From Mobula hypostoma (taxonomy: Eukaryota): a stretch of 64,000 nucleotides of DNA. The notes below the pieces were generated by a model that was not told the origin of the DNA, did no database searches, and saw nothing but the letters and a program-made list of their open reading frames with translations. The DNA lies in assembly GCF_963921235.1 (NCBI RefSeq), contig NC_086113.1:29140001-29204000 (forward strand), written 5' to 3'. Of the stretch, positions 63,335 to 64,000 are shown piece by piece (the first letter of the stretch is position 1; the number at the start of each line of letters is the position of its first letter). The translations under genes were made by a program, and so were the position numbers.

Positions 63335-64000
63335 AAGCCCTGGGGACTTATCTACCATAATGCCTTTCAGATGACCCAACTCTGCTGCCTCCTTAGACTC
63401 AAAGTGTCCCAGTACTTTAATATGACCCACTTTGTTTTCACTATCCTACAAGGCACCAAATGACAGCCCCTTTGAACTCATCTGTGGAAATGGTTTGAAT
63501 TCCTCTTTTTAATGCCCCCTTTTTCCCTTTTTAATGTGACTAGGGTTCTATTGAGGTCCCTGATCTATAACAGCACTCAAAACTGCATTTTTTTTCATAG
63601 TGATGAGTTCTCATTCTCAGAGCTCACCAACCAGCTGTTCTCTGATATTCTCTAAGATGCCGGGTTATGGGGTATGGCTCTGGATGATCAGTGCTGTCAA
63701 CTGAGGCGTTACAAGAGAAGGAACATCAGGAATTCACAGTGGCGGATGCTGCTAATGGAGGTCTCTGTAGCCAAGCAATCACCTTCTTTCTCACTTTTTC
63801 TTGATGATCGGGAGAGTTTGCTGCCCATTCTCAAGTCAGAGATTCTGAGAATAAAAAGCAACATGGTAAACTGTAACAGTGGCTGGTAAGTCTCCCCTTT
63901 CGCTATGAAATAGGTTACATTTCTCTGTCCCTATGGCGTGTCAAACTGTTGGGTGAACAATTTTTGTTGACAGCAAATCTTGATCTTTGGGGGCTTTGCT

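Overview
AT-rich vertebrate DNA, most likely from a cartilaginous fish (shark or ray). That is inferred from the repeat mix: CR1 LINEs with an esterase-type ORF1, V-SINE/HE1-like SINEs, Penelope terminal fragments and Rex1/Babar-like LINE ends. I recognise no host protein-coding gene, rRNA, tRNA or CRISPR array. The window reads as a long intron or intergenic region that is mostly decayed transposable elements. The best-resolved structures are: (1) a complete but decayed Tf1/sushi-type chromoviral Gypsy element (2327-7000, GTGAC TSD) with a self-priming signature instead of a tRNA PBS; (2) a tRNA-Leu-primed Gypsy element (37213-42092) inside a four-level nest of CR1 > SINE > Gypsy > young non-autonomous retroposon; (3) a CpG-rich solo LTR (33303-33908, ATTT TSD); (4) two near-full-length plus-strand CR1 copies (46.6-50.2 kb and 50.8-55.3 kb); (5) Penelope fragments with degenerate minimal hammerhead cores, one of them a fold-back insertion with a 13-bp TSD; (6) Tc1, pogo/Tigger-like and hAT non-autonomous DNA transposons. 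There is an N gap at 62858-63003. Nearly all ORFs in the supplied track are TE fragments or chance ORFs. Family names come from motif recognition without a database search, and boundaries of decayed repeats are approximate unless a TSD is quoted. I found no clearly new biological system; the leads are TE-encoded RNA structures and a few unexplained stretches.
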